From NCBI GenBank assembly GCA_036163555.1, contig JAYZKK010000043.1, positions 877 through 64,876 of the forward strand: a stretch of DNA of 64,000 nt. Direction: 5' to 3'. The DNA comes from Actinomycetota bacterium. GTDB lineage: Bacteria; Actinomycetota; Acidimicrobiia; Acidimicrobiales; Poriferisodalaceae. The notes under the pieces are model-generated. The model searched no databases. It was not told the origin of the DNA and saw only the letters and a program-made list of their open reading frames with translations. This document shows positions 1 to 10,189 of the stretch, one piece after another; position 1 is the stretch's first letter, and every line of letters begins with the position of its first letter. Made by a program: the position numbers and the translations under genes.

Positions 1-2424
1 TTCGAGCATTCCCAACATGGCGTTCTCGATATCTTCGAGCAACTGGTAAATGATTTCATAGAGCCGAATTTCGACATTCTCTGCCTCTGCGGCTTCTCGA
101 GCTTTCCGGTCGGGGCGAACGTTGAATCCCAAGATCGTTGCATTAGAGGCAACTGCTAGCTGGATGTCATTTTCATTGACGCCACCCACACCCCTGCTCA
201 CAAATGCAAGTTTGACATCGTCCCGCTCAAGTTTACGCAAGCTCTCTGTGACTGCTTCCAAGGAGCCGTGAACGTCTGCTTTCAAGACCAAATTCAATGT
301 GGTTGCTTCACCTGCTTGGATTTGTTTGAAAATATCTTCAAGCTTGGCTCCTCCACCTCCAGAAGATGATGCTGTAGCCATGTTTGCTTGGCGCTGCCAG
401 TGTTCGCGGGTATCAGCGACACGGCTGGCAGTCTTTTCGTCAGGCGCAACCGTAAACATATCCCCGGACCTAGGAACTTCGGAAAGGCCTAAGACTTCCA
501 CCGGAGACGACGGCCCAGCTTCAGCTACAGCATTACCTCGATCGTCCACCATTGCTCGAACTCGACCCCACGCCGCACCAGCAACCATAGGATCACCAAC
601 CGAAAGAGTGCCTTGTTGCACAAGAACAGTGGCTACTGGTCCTCTTCCCTTATCTAAATTGGCTTCAAGAACGGTCCCTATGGCCCTACCGTCTGGCGTT
701 GCTTGGAGCTCTTCAAGTTCCGCCACTAGAACGATCTGATCTAAAAGATCGTCAATGCCTTCCTCTGTCATCGCTGACACGGGGACCGTTATGACCTCTC
801 CTCCATATGACTCCGGGATTAGATCTCTTTCCGCTAGTTGCGCCAACACCCGGTTGGCGTCAGCGCCTTCACGATCAATTTTGTTGATAGCTACGACAAT
901 CGGGACCTCAGCCGCTCGCGCGTGGTCCATTGCTTCCAAAGTTTGTGGCATAACTCCATCGTCAGCCGCTACTACCAAAATTACGATATCTGTAGCTTGA
1001 GCTCCCCGAGCGCGCATGCTCGTAAAGGCAGCGTGTCCTGGCGTGTCAATAAAGGTAAGCGCTTGACCATTCCTGTCGACCTGGTATGCGCCGATGTGTT
1101 GAGTTATGCCTCCTGCTTCGCCGTCAACAACATTTGACGATCGAATACGGTCCAACAACAGGGTCTTACCGTGATCAACATGGCCCATAACCGTAACCAC
1201 TGGCGGACGCGGAGCCGTTCCTGGAGCGCCAAGGTCAATATCCAGAGCCTTGAGAATCTCTTCTTCCTGTTCAGCGCCAGGGTCAACGAGTCGGATTTCT
1301 GCCCCCAATTCCGCGGCAAACAGCTCAACCATGTCGTCAGTGAGAGACTGCGTTGCCGTGACCATTTCTCCCTGTTGCAACAGGAATCTCACAATGTCCG
1401 CAGCTGAGCGGTTTAGTTTTCCAGCTACTTCCTGTGCTGTTGAGCCTCGCTCAACAACAATTTCACCCTCAGGTATTGGGGCGTCGACTGGCGTATACGT
1501 TGCCAACTCTTGTGGCTGCAGCTCTTCCTGCTGACGTCTACGACGTTTTTGTTTGCGGCCGCGTCTTTGCTGAGGTCCGCCTCTGGGTCCGCCTGGACGA
1601 CCTCCAGGGCGACCTCCAGGACCGTCGGGACCAACCGGTGGGCCACCTCCCGGACCTCCTGGACCTCCCGGACCACCTGAGCGACGTGGGCCACCCGAGC
1701 CAGTTGAACGATCCGGTCCGCGCGGGCTACCCGTCGAACGACCGCCAGGCCGCGGGCTGCTCGGAGCACCGACGTTGTCCGCCCGACGCGCTCGTGGGGG
1801 TCCGGGTGGTGGCGGTATAGCTCTACCCGAGCCTGATTTCGGTGGAGCGCCCGGAGGTGGTGGAATGGGCTTCCCACTTCCAGAACGTGGTGGTGCCGGC
1901 ATCGCTGGTGGTGGTGCCGGTGGTGCGGACCCTATGTCTTGACTGGTCTGCTCGGTCCGACTGACAGGCGTTTCATCAGTTTTCGGTGCTGAACGAGCGG
2001 AGGGTTCTTCCGCAGTTCGACGGGCTGGTTCTTGACCACTGGAGGTAACCAGAGGACGAGCCGGCGGTGACGTGGGCGCAGCCGGAGGAGTCTCTGTCTT
2101 TGGGGTATCAACCTCTTCGGGAGGAGAGGCCTTTTCTTCGGCAGGAGCTTGCGCTGTGGCGGCCTTCTTCTTCGCCGGCGCCTTCTTCTTCGCCGGCGCC
2201 TTCTTCGCGGCCGCCTGCTCATCCTCTCCTGGCTCAGGCGGTTGTTCTTCCCGCACTAGTCCGTCTCGCTCAGCTTTGCGTCGAACCCGGTCAGCTTGAG
2301 CAATCTGCACACTCGAGGAATGACTTTTTACACCGATACCGAGCGCGTCGCAGAGCGCGAGCGTCTCGTCGTTGGTCAGACCTAGCTCTCTTGCGAGTTC
2401 ATATACCCGGGGATTCTTGGGCAA
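1..2424 (-). CDS. infB: translation initiation factor IF-2 (3' end runs off the window)
   Basis: Translated by hand (absent from the ORF track because no stop is in the window). TTG at 2424 after TAAGGA; MPKNPRVYELARELG N-terminus; G-domain motifs GHVDHGKT, DTPGH, NKID; in frame to position 1 (..ENAMLGMLE). Confidence 0.97.
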   Translation of the reverse strand, partial: MPKNPRVYELARELGLTNDETLALCDALGIGVKSHSSSVQIAQADRVRRKAERDGLVREEQPPEPGEDEQAAAKKAPAKKKAPAKKKAATAQAPAEEKASPPEEVDTPKTETPPAAPTSPPARPLVTSSGQEPARRTAEEPSARSAPKTDETPVSRTEQTSQDIGSAPPAPPPAMPAPPRSGSGKPIPPPPGAPPKSGSGRAIPPPPGPPRARRADNVGAPSSPRPGGRSTGSPRGPDRSTGSGGPRRSGGPGGPGGPGGGPPVGPDGPGGRPGGRPGGPRGGPQQRRGRKQKRRRRQQEELQPQELATYTPVDAPIPEGEIVVERGSTAQEVAGKLNRSAADIVRFLLQQGEMVTATQSLTDDMVELFAAELGAEIRLVDPGAEQEEEILKALDIDLGAPGTAPRPPVVTVMGHVDHGKTLLLDRIRSSNVVDGEAGGITQHIGAYQVDRNGQALTFIDTPGHAAFTSMRARGAQATDIVILVVAADDGVMPQTLEAMDHARAAEVPIVVAINKIDREGADANRVLAQLAERDLIPESYGGEVITVPVSAMTEEGIDDLLDQIVLVAELEELQATPDGRAIGTVLEANLDKGRGPVATVLVQQGTLSVGDPMVAGAAWGRVRAMVDDRGNAVAEAGPSSPVEVLGLSEVPRSGDMFTVAPDEKTASRVADTREHWQRQANMATASSSGGGGAKLEDIFKQIQAGEATTLNLVLKADVHGSLEAVTESLRKLERDDVKLAFVSRGVGGVNENDIQLAVASNATILGFNVRPDRKAREAAEAENVEIRLYEIIYQLLEDIENAMLGMLE
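2161..2210. repeat. 18-bp tandem repeat inside infB encoding (KKKAPA)n
   Basis: gccttcttcttcgccggc repeated about 2.5 times; reads AAAKKAPAKKKAPAKKKAA on the minus strand. Confidence 0.85.
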
Positions 2425-2570
2425 ACGCGTTCCTTACTTGTCGTTCAGGCCGATAAGCGGCAGTGATAGTTCCTTATGTCATCCATCTTCGCAGACAGCG
2501 ACGAGGTTCCGGTAAATAACGGTGCTGTAGACCAAACAGCCACGCTACCGGGTATCTCGCCCGCTAGTGG

Positions 2571-3878
2571 TCAGTTGCTCGGCTGTTCTTCGTCTTCTTC
2601 AACGGTTTCTTGGTCTTCGGTCGTCTCCACGGAGAGTTCTTCCTCTCCAGTTTCCTCACTGGGCAGGTCCTCATTGACGTTTTCTTCGACAGCGGGTTCC
2701 TCGTCTAGCGTTGGTTCGCTCTCACCTTCTTCAGTAGCTAACTCTTCATCAAGATTGTCTTCGGACACGGCTTCCTCGGCAGCGGTTGCCCAGTCATCAG
2801 CTGACATAGCTTCGCTTCCATCAGCTGGAACCCATGTCTGTTCACCTGTCTCGGCGTCCGTAACCCACTCCCCTTCAGCCCAATCACCTTCTGCGTAGGC
2901 ATTTTCTTCATCAAGAATCTGAGTTTCGCTCTTGATGTCGATTCTCCAGCCGGTCAAACGTGCTGCTAGTCGCGCGTTTTGTCCTTCGCGTCCAATGGCT
3001 AACGAAAGCTGATGGTCGGGCACTACGACTTCAGCGACACCCTCAAGTTCATGGAAGCGAACCTCTCGCACCTTGGCTGGCGACAAAGCTTTGGCAACAA
3101 AGTCGTGCTGATCTTCCGAAAAGGGCACGATGTCAATTTTTTCGCCCCTTAGTTCATTTACAACCTGTCGCACGCGAGCCCCCCGTGCCCCAACACAAGC
3201 GCCAACGGGGTCGATGTTGGTGTCATTTGACCAAACAGCAATTTTCGTCCTATGCCCTGGCTCTCTAGCACAAGCCTTCATCTCAACTATTCCGTCACTG
3301 ATCTCGGGCACTTCAAGCTTGAAAAGTTCACGGATCAATCCGGGATGCGTTCGCGACACGACAATCTGAGGGCCTTTGGCCGTCTTTCGGACCTCCACGA
3401 TGTAAGCCTTTAGACGACTATTCGGTTCCGGTCTCTCGTAAGGAACCTGTTCCGACTGCGGAAGTAAAGCCTCAACTCGACCTAGATCAAGCAGAGTGTA
3501 ACGGGAGTCTGTCTGCTGAATAATGCCAGTCACTATGTCACCTTCCCGACCCGCATATTCGTCATACTTCATGTCGCGTTCGACTTCGCGAATCCGCTGG
3601 GTCAAGACCTGGCGCGCCGTTTGCGCGGCAATTCTTCCGAAGTTTTCGGGTGTGTCATCCCACTCTTGAACAACATTCCCTTCCTCATCAATTTCTTGAG
3701 CAATAACGGAAATGTTGAACATTTCGTCTATGACAACGTAAGCATCGTCAGCGGCCTCAGGCATTCTTTTGTAGGCCGATTCGAGCCCGTTCGCGACAGC
3801 CTCTAGGAGCAACTCGGTCGTCATTCCCTTTTCCGCGGCAAGAGCCTGAAGAGCTTCCATCATGTCCGGGGTAGTCAT
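2571..3878 (-). CDS. nusA: transcription termination/antitermination factor NusA with acidic C-terminal tail
   Basis: FGRIAAQTARQV, S1 and KH domains, DPVGACVG, LSLAIGREGQNARLAARLTG; rimP-nusA-infB synteny. Confidence 0.97.
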   Translation of the reverse strand: MTTPDMMEALQALAAEKGMTTELLLEAVANGLESAYKRMPEAADDAYVVIDEMFNISVIAQEIDEEGNVVQEWDDTPENFGRIAAQTARQVLTQRIREVERDMKYDEYAGREGDIVTGIIQQTDSRYTLLDLGRVEALLPQSEQVPYERPEPNSRLKAYIVEVRKTAKGPQIVVSRTHPGLIRELFKLEVPEISDGIVEMKACAREPGHRTKIAVWSNDTNIDPVGACVGARGARVRQVVNELRGEKIDIVPFSEDQHDFVAKALSPAKVREVRFHELEGVAEVVVPDHQLSLAIGREGQNARLAARLTGWRIDIKSETQILDEENAYAEGDWAEGEWVTDAETGEQTWVPADGSEAMSADDWATAAEEAVSEDNLDEELATEEGESEPTLDEEPAVEENVNEDLPSEETGEEELSVETTEDQETVEEDEEQPSN

Positions 3879-4411
3879 CGTCGACTCCCTCCCTTGTGGT
3901 TATTGTTAGATCCGTTTTTCGCCGCAGCTGTGCCCGGCTTCGGGGTAGGTCCCCAATCAAAGACTGTCCGCGCCTTTTCGACTTCGGTCATGTGAACGTC
4001 AATCGCACCCATATCTGAGGTGTCAATGGTTAGCAATCCGTTCGATACTGAAACCAAGGTGCCAACGATTCGACGCCTGCCATCGGGACCTGGATTGGTT
4101 CGGATATTCACAACCTCACCTATTGCACCAGTGAAATGGTCGTCCTGCCTAAGACGACGTTCAACTCCAGGTGTTGAGACCTCCAAGGTGTATCGGCCCG
4201 GTATTGGATCATGCTCATCCAAAACCACCGAGACAGCTCGGCTGAGCTGCGACAGGTCGTCAACACCCAATCCGTCTCCACCATCCACCAGGACAGCCAA
4301 AGTGCCGCCCCTTTCATGGATGTCATACAAACTGTGCCCAGAAGCCTCTACCACCGGCCGGACCAGCGAAAAAATTGGTTCAAGGTGACTTCCAGATTCT
4401 GAGTTCATCAC
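3875..4411 (-). CDS. rimP: ribosome maturation factor RimP
   Basis: DPIPGRYTLEVSTPGVERRL motif; upstream of nusA with ATGA overlap. Confidence 0.95.
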   Translation of the reverse strand: MMNSESGSHLEPIFSLVRPVVEASGHSLYDIHERGGTLAVLVDGGDGLGVDDLSQLSRAVSVVLDEHDPIPGRYTLEVSTPGVERRLRQDDHFTGAIGEVVNIRTNPGPDGRRRIVGTLVSVSNGLLTIDTSDMGAIDVHMTEVEKARTVFDWGPTPKPGTAAAKNGSNNNHKGGSRR

Positions 4412-4458
4412 CCCTCCATTTCGCCATATTTGGGAGTTAGAAATTCTTCTGGGCCAAG

Positions 4459-4486
4459 AAAAAGGACGTGGGCAACGCCCACGTCC
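4459..4486 (-). terminator. GC-rich hairpin plus U-tract between ispG and rimP (terminator or rimP-leader attenuator)
   Basis: Perfect 10-bp stem ggacgtgggc(4464-4473)-aac-gcccacgtcc(4477-4486), followed by TTTTT on the minus strand. Confidence 0.75.
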
Positions 4487-4569
4487 AGCAAAAAAAGCTG
4501 ACCTGTTGCACCAATGTTACCAGCCTGTAACCACTAACCAACTTAAGTTCAATCGTGGGCGTGACTGTC

Positions 4570-5772
4570 CTACCGTTTCCGAATCATTTCAACTATTGCC
4601 TCGGCATCGTTAACATCTTCACCTTGCAGTTCCAATAAAGCTGCTCTATCAGCCTCCGCCTCTGCCTCCGCTGATTTGTCCGCTGCAGCTAACGCTCCAT
4701 CAATTCCCTCCGAGACCACTTTCTGCGCCCATTCAACCAACGCATCAACCATGCGGTCTTCAGGCACCACCTTGACCACTTGGCCACGCACAAAAAGATG
4801 TCCTCTCTTGCGGCCCGCAGCGATACCTAAGTCCGCCCCTTTCGCTTCGCCGGGCCCATTGACTACACAACCCATGACAGCAACTTGTATTGGCAAGTCA
4901 AGTTCAGTAAGAGCTTCTTGAGCCATCGCTGCTATTGAGATGACATCTACCTCGGCTCTACCGCAAGAAGGACATGCGATGAGGTCTAAGGAACTACGCT
5001 CTCGCAAGCCAAGGGCCTCCAGCAACTGGCGGCCTGCTCTCGCTTCCTCAATGGGGTCCGCTGTCAGGCTGTAACGGATCGTATCTCCTATGCCTTCATT
5101 AAGTAGGGTCGCTATCCCCGCAGTAGCCTTCAAGATTCCCGCAGGCGGCGGTCCTGCTTCTGTCACCCCAACATGCAACGGAAAGTCGACGGTGTCAGCT
5201 AGTAACCGGTATGCCTCGACCATTAGCCGGACATCACTCGCCTTGACCGAAATCTTCACTTCATCGAATCCAACCTCTTCGAAGTAGCCCAACTCGCGTT
5301 TAGCTGATTCGACTAACGCCACTGCGGTCATGCCATATTTATCTTCAATGTCCGGGTCAAGCGATCCCGCATTGACACCTATCCGAATGGGGACGTCGCG
5401 GTCTCGCGCTTCAGACGCAACGGTCTTTATGTGCTCCTCCTTGCGGATGTTGCCAGGATTGAGACGCAAACACGCAACGCCAGCATCTAACGCTGCCAAC
5501 GCCAACCGATGTTGAAAATGGATATCAGCGATGATCGGCACTGGGGACCGCGGAACGATACGAGCTAGAGCCTCAGCAGCCTCCATTTCATTGCATGTAC
5601 ACCGAACAATTTCTGCACCAGAACTCGCCAGAGCATAAATCTGTTCGAGAGTCGCCTCAGCATCAGCTGTCTTGGTGGTCGTCATCGACTGGACGCTGAT
5701 TGGAGCTCCAGCCCCGACTTGCACCCCTCCAACGTTCACACTGCGAGTCATTCGACGTTCAAACATCATCAA
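4570..5772 (-). CDS. ispG: 4-hydroxy-3-methylbut-2-en-1-yl diphosphate synthase
   Basis: PISVQSMT, ADIHF, RLNPGNI, RIGVNAGSL, CPSCGR, MGCVVNGPGE. Confidence 0.97.
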   Translation of the reverse strand: MMMFERRMTRSVNVGGVQVGAGAPISVQSMTTTKTADAEATLEQIYALASSGAEIVRCTCNEMEAAEALARIVPRSPVPIIADIHFQHRLALAALDAGVACLRLNPGNIRKEEHIKTVASEARDRDVPIRIGVNAGSLDPDIEDKYGMTAVALVESAKRELGYFEEVGFDEVKISVKASDVRLMVEAYRLLADTVDFPLHVGVTEAGPPPAGILKATAGIATLLNEGIGDTIRYSLTADPIEEARAGRQLLEALGLRERSSLDLIACPSCGRAEVDVISIAAMAQEALTELDLPIQVAVMGCVVNGPGEAKGADLGIAAGRKRGHLFVRGQVVKVVPEDRMVDALVEWAQKVVSEGIDGALAAADKSAEAEAEADRAALLELQGEDVNDAEAIVEMIRKR

Positions 5773-5815
5773 CAGTCTGTCACCTTGATCGCGCGTTCCC
5801 TGCTACAGCACTGTC

Positions 5816-7048
5816 TCAAAATCCGAGTGGATTAGCTATATCTAAATAAATCGCTCCCAAACCAAAGAAAGCGAGAAAGGCTACGACTGCGTAGGTAATC
5901 GGTAGTAATCGAGTTGTATCAATTATGTGCCTGCGACCCGTCGTACCTTCTCGAATGCGTTCATAAGTTGCGATCGCTATGTGGCCACCGTCCAGCGGCA
6001 AGAACGGGAGCAGGTTAAAGACCCCGATAAAAATATTGAACGCCACGAACAACTGCATCCGTTCAGAACCACTTAAACGCTCACTCGCACCTATCTGAAC
6101 AGCCCCAACAAGCGAAACAGGACGGGTCTCAAGGTTGTCGTTAGCACTGGGGTCGTTCGGCGGTGAGAATATGCGGTCCGCTACCTCACCTAGGTTCGCA
6201 ATAATGGTCCAGATGCCGCGTACCGATTGACCAACCATGGTCACGAATTCAGTCCCTGTCTTACGTACAGCTCCGAGCGGACCGTACTTAAGCAACGTTG
6301 TCGCTTTTTGTCCCCTAATACCCAGCAGTCCACGACCGTCTCCGTCAGCGCCCAACGTGGTAGCGAGAGATAAGCGTGTCTCGCCGCGTAAAACCTCTAG
6401 CTGAACCGTTTCGTTCGGTCGACTTCGCACGATTTCGACTAAGTCGCCCCACGCGGCAGTCGATTGGCCTTCAACGAAGACGATTCGATCACCCGCCTGA
6501 ATCCCAGCCCGGGCGGCCGCACTCTGTTCACCCCCACTGTCTTGTTCGAGGACACTCGCTACTTCCCACGAGCCTTCCTCAACTACTGGCTCCCCCATGA
6601 AACAAAAAAGAGTGAGTAAGCCCACTAGAGCCATCAAAAAGTGCATGGAGGAGCCCGCTGATGCAACTAGCAGTCGTTTCGGGTAACTCTGCTGTCTATA
6701 GGTTCTTGCTTCATCTTTCGCATCCACCTCGTCAAGGTTCGTCATTCCAACCAATTTGACGTAAGCGCCCGCGAGTATTGGCTTGACACCAAACTCTGTT
6801 TCACCTCTTCGAAAGCTGAATAGTCTCGGACCAAAGCCAATGAAAAATTCCGTAGCTTTCATACCGGTAATGCGTGCGGTGATGAAGTGACCCAACTCAT
6901 GAGCGAACACTACGAACGCGATTATTAATGTGACTACCAGCATGGGCCTTGACACAAAACCCAGCAGTACCAGCGAACCGACCACGGCTAGAAGGCCCAA
7001 CGTCACACGAACCTGAGAGTTGCTTTGAATATCCGAAGACCCAGTCAT
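5816..7048 (-). CDS. rseP: RIP metalloprotease RseP/Rip1 (M50 family with PDZ domain)
   Basis: HELGH zinc motif, FIGFGP, NLLPFLPLDGGH; start placed at ATG 7048 (TGATG overlap with the dxr stop). Confidence 0.9.
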   Translation of the reverse strand: MTGSSDIQSNSQVRVTLGLLAVVGSLVLLGFVSRPMLVVTLIIAFVVFAHELGHFITARITGMKATEFFIGFGPRLFSFRRGETEFGVKPILAGAYVKLVGMTNLDEVDAKDEARTYRQQSYPKRLLVASAGSSMHFLMALVGLLTLFCFMGEPVVEEGSWEVASVLEQDSGGEQSAAARAGIQAGDRIVFVEGQSTAAWGDLVEIVRSRPNETVQLEVLRGETRLSLATTLGADGDGRGLLGIRGQKATTLLKYGPLGAVRKTGTEFVTMVGQSVRGIWTIIANLGEVADRIFSPPNDPSANDNLETRPVSLVGAVQIGASERLSGSERMQLFVAFNIFIGVFNLLPFLPLDGGHIAIATYERIREGTTGRRHIIDTTRLLPITYAVVAFLAFFGLGAIYLDIANPLGF

Positions 7049-8211
7049 CAGCGACTCTTCTTCGCAAGCCAAGTCGCGACACATTCCCGACCACGCTGGT
7101 CAGCTCGCACCACTGCTTCAACAGAATCTGCAGTCGCTCCGTCATGCTTTTCTAAAGCACTCTCAATCGAGGCGGCAATTTCTGGCCACGAAATGTGGCC
7201 GTTCAAAAACGCGTCCACAGCAGCTTCGTTCGCGCCGTTCATCCACGCCGGAGCCGTGCCTCCGGTTTCGCCTGCCGAATAGGCCAAGTCAAGACAAGAG
7301 AACGTCTTCCTGTCTGGGGGTTCAAAATGAAGTGACTGTGTCTTTCCCCAGTCAATTGATCCGAAGGAGGTAGAGACCCTTTCGGGATACGCAAGCGCAT
7401 AAGCAATCGGCAATCTCATATCTGGTTCCGATAGCTGAGCAATGGTTGTGCCATCAGTGAAGGTCGCCATCGAATGAACTATTGACTGCGGATGAACCAC
7501 TACTTCAATCTTTTCGTAATCGACTCCAAAAAGTTCGTGAGCCTCTATTACCTCTAGACCCTTGTTCATCAAGGTTGACGAGTCGACCGTGATCTTCGGG
7601 CCCATCGCCCAGGTCGGATGCGTAAGGGCCTCTTCAACGGTTACTCGCTCTAGTTCTGTTGAACTCCATCCTCTAAATGGTCCACCGCTAGCAGTGAGAA
7701 CCAACTGATGTAGATAGCGGGCTTGACCTTCAGAGTCACTAGATCGGAGGCACTGGTGAAGAGCACAGTGCTCACTGTCCACAGGGATCAACTCGGCGCC
7801 GGGAGTGGAGCGAAGCGGCTGAACTAGGGGTCCAGCTGCTATCAGACTCTCTTTGTTAGCAAGAGCCAGGCGACGACCTGAGCCCAACGCTGCAAGGGTC
7901 ACTCCCAGACCTGCAAAGCCCACAATGCCGTTAACAACTACATCGGCCCGTGTCGCTAACTCTTCGTAGGCCGATGCTCCTGCCAATACTTCGGTACCCG
8001 CCGGTACTTCCGTCTTCAATTGATCTAGCAATTCAGGTCGGCCAATGGCTACTACGTCAGGCCTGAACTCCTTCGCTTGCGTAACAAGTAGCTCTGTAGA
8101 GGACCATGCAGCTAGCGCGCTAATTCGAAAACGATCAGGTTCAGCTCGAACCACTTCGAGAGTTTGGGAACCAATAGATCCAGTAGCCCCTAAAACCGCG
8201 ACTGTCGTCAC
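7048..8211 (-). CDS. dxr: 1-deoxy-D-xylulose 5-phosphate reductoisomerase
   Basis: LGATGSIG, LALANKESL, PVDSEH, HPTWAMGPKITVDSSTLMNKGLE. Confidence 0.98.
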   Translation of the reverse strand: MTTVAVLGATGSIGSQTLEVVRAEPDRFRISALAAWSSTELLVTQAKEFRPDVVAIGRPELLDQLKTEVPAGTEVLAGASAYEELATRADVVVNGIVGFAGLGVTLAALGSGRRLALANKESLIAAGPLVQPLRSTPGAELIPVDSEHCALHQCLRSSDSEGQARYLHQLVLTASGGPFRGWSSTELERVTVEEALTHPTWAMGPKITVDSSTLMNKGLEVIEAHELFGVDYEKIEVVVHPQSIVHSMATFTDGTTIAQLSEPDMRLPIAYALAYPERVSTSFGSIDWGKTQSLHFEPPDRKTFSCLDLAYSAGETGGTAPAWMNGANEAAVDAFLNGHISWPEIAASIESALEKHDGATADSVEAVVRADQRGRECVATWLAKKSR

Positions 8212-8222
8212 TCAGGTACCTC

Positions 8223-10169
8223 TCAGTTGAGCACAAGGTCGGCAACAAAGTAGGCAGTGGGCAAAACAAACAACAGCGCGTCAAACCGGTCGAATGCCCC
8301 ACCATGCCCTGGAAGCAAAGTGCCCATGTCTTTTACTCCCATATCTCGTTTAATCATCGACTGCGCTAGGTCTCCGACCGGAGCTACCAACGCAACTGCC
8401 AAACCAAGCCAGAAACAATCCATCATCGAAACAGACCATGGATAGATTCCTGGGAATCTATTGAGGACCAGGGTCGTTACGACCACGGAAAGCATCATGC
8501 CCCCCAAGAGACCTTCATAGGTCTTGTTCGGGCTGACACGGGGGGCAATTTTTGATTGACCCGTAGTACTGCCTATGACATAGCCGCCAACGTCGTACGC
8601 AATGGTGCCTATGACAGCTCCAATCAGAATTGCATCACCATTCGGTCGGGCAAGAATTAGAGCTGCGAATGAACCCAAACCACCGACCCAAGCAAATCCC
8701 AACAAGGTCACTGCGAAGTTCGCTGTTACGTGTTGTGATTCGATATCAAATAAGAACCAACACATGCCAGTCACCACCAGCAAAGCGAAGACCACAGGGT
8801 ATGCCTCAAATCCACGGTGATAAGCCCCAAGAGAGAGTCCGACCACTGCGGCAAGACCGAGAAGGGTCGCTGGCCTGTAGCCCAAATTTTGCGCTGAGGT
8901 GAAGAATTCAAGAGCTGCGAGCCCCAACGCCGCGAGGACCATGATGAGTATGGCCCAAGGGCCAACTTTCAGTAGCCCGAAAAATGCTGCTGCCAAAGCC
9001 AGCCCTACACCAATCGCCGCGGGAAGATTTCGGCCAGTGGATCCCGAGGATCCACTCGAATCTTCTCCCTTAACAGACCCGTGTGTCACCGTTCGGTCAT
9101 CTTCATTCACTTTGGTTGACTCCTCATAGTCGCGGCGACCTTCTCGCCAATGGGGTGCAGGTCCACCAAATTCACTCCACTCGGCATCCTCATGCTCATC
9201 ATTTTCTTCTCCGCCAAGGTTTAGATCCGTCCGTGATGAACTTTGCATGATCCGTTGGCTTGGTGGTGTGTCAAAAAGTTCAATTACTCGCGGAGCCAAC
9301 CGCTCAGACTCCTCTACAGAATCGCTCTCAGTGTCAGGCAAAGAGTTGCTCTCAGTCTCAAGTGAGGGACTTTTTTCGGAGTCAACACTTTCAGCCTCAG
9401 ACAGCGTTTCGAGTTCATCTAAAACTAATTCGGCCGTGGGTTCGTCTTCGAAAACAGTTCCGGCACTCGGGTGCTGGATGCCTTCCTCAAGCAGTTCTTC
9501 CTCAGATCGTTCATTTTCAGCCAATTCAGGTTCAGTAACAGTCGCCTCTTCGGTGTCAACTTCCATCTCGGAGTCACGGCTCGGCTCGAACGTTTCTTCT
9601 GCAACCTCTTCAATCGGTCCGGTATCAAATACAGGTGCTTCATCTTCACCAACACCGGCTCTACCAATTATCGGAGAATCATCGAAAATTGCTTCATCAA
9701 AATCATCGTCGAAAAGAGTGTCATTAAATAACTCGTCGGTCGGTACTTGAGTTTGAGAGAAGTCACCGTCATCGGAAGCTTGCATAGAGGCGCCCTCATC
9801 GTGGGTGACTGGATCCGGCTCAATCACTTCTACAGAGTCGATAGTCGACGGTCCGTCTTGTGTTCCAGGTGAAATTGTTGGAACAGTGTCAGATCTGACA
9901 GCGTCCATTAGCCCAGTGTCTGAAGTGTCGACAAGATGAGGGTCGTCCGGCAGCTGAGGGAACAGACGCGAACCTCCCGAGAGTGGGTTGTCAACTTCGG
10001 GGGGATCCGGTCGTTCGCCTCCCTCTGGTCGTTCACCAGAGCCTGGTTCCGACCAGTGCGGCATGGGCGACTCATCAAAATCAAAGGAGAGTAATGGGCC
10101 GGTGTCATTTTCATCTTCGATTTCGTCGCGGCGCCCGGGTTCAATCTCGCCATCATCCCTATCAGGCAT
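8223..10169 (-). CDS. cdsA: phosphatidate cytidylyltransferase with a ~375-aa acidic N-terminal extension
   Basis: C-terminal membrane domain with SPNKTYEG and SMIKRDMGVKDMGTLLPGHGGAFDRFD; frr-cdsA-dxr synteny. Confidence 0.92.
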   Translation of the reverse strand: MPDRDDGEIEPGRRDEIEDENDTGPLLSFDFDESPMPHWSEPGSGERPEGGERPDPPEVDNPLSGGSRLFPQLPDDPHLVDTSDTGLMDAVRSDTVPTISPGTQDGPSTIDSVEVIEPDPVTHDEGASMQASDDGDFSQTQVPTDELFNDTLFDDDFDEAIFDDSPIIGRAGVGEDEAPVFDTGPIEEVAEETFEPSRDSEMEVDTEEATVTEPELAENERSEEELLEEGIQHPSAGTVFEDEPTAELVLDELETLSEAESVDSEKSPSLETESNSLPDTESDSVEESERLAPRVIELFDTPPSQRIMQSSSRTDLNLGGEENDEHEDAEWSEFGGPAPHWREGRRDYEESTKVNEDDRTVTHGSVKGEDSSGSSGSTGRNLPAAIGVGLALAAAFFGLLKVGPWAILIMVLAALGLAALEFFTSAQNLGYRPATLLGLAAVVGLSLGAYHRGFEAYPVVFALLVVTGMCWFLFDIESQHVTANFAVTLLGFAWVGGLGSFAALILARPNGDAILIGAVIGTIAYDVGGYVIGSTTGQSKIAPRVSPNKTYEGLLGGMMLSVVVTTLVLNRFPGIYPWSVSMMDCFWLGLAVALVAPVGDLAQSMIKRDMGVKDMGTLLPGHGGAFDRFDALLFVLPTAYFVADLVLN

Positions 10170-10189
10170 ATCTCCCCCCAGTCTTCGCT

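Noticed and set aside
1425-1877. Overlapping ORFs and 9-12 bp repeats
   Set aside because: Shadow frames of the Gly/Pro-rich IF-2 linker; the repeats encode (GGP)n and GGRP
1932-2222. Poly-arginine (protamine-like) ORF
   Set aside because: Alternative-frame reading of the KKKAPA repeat inside infB
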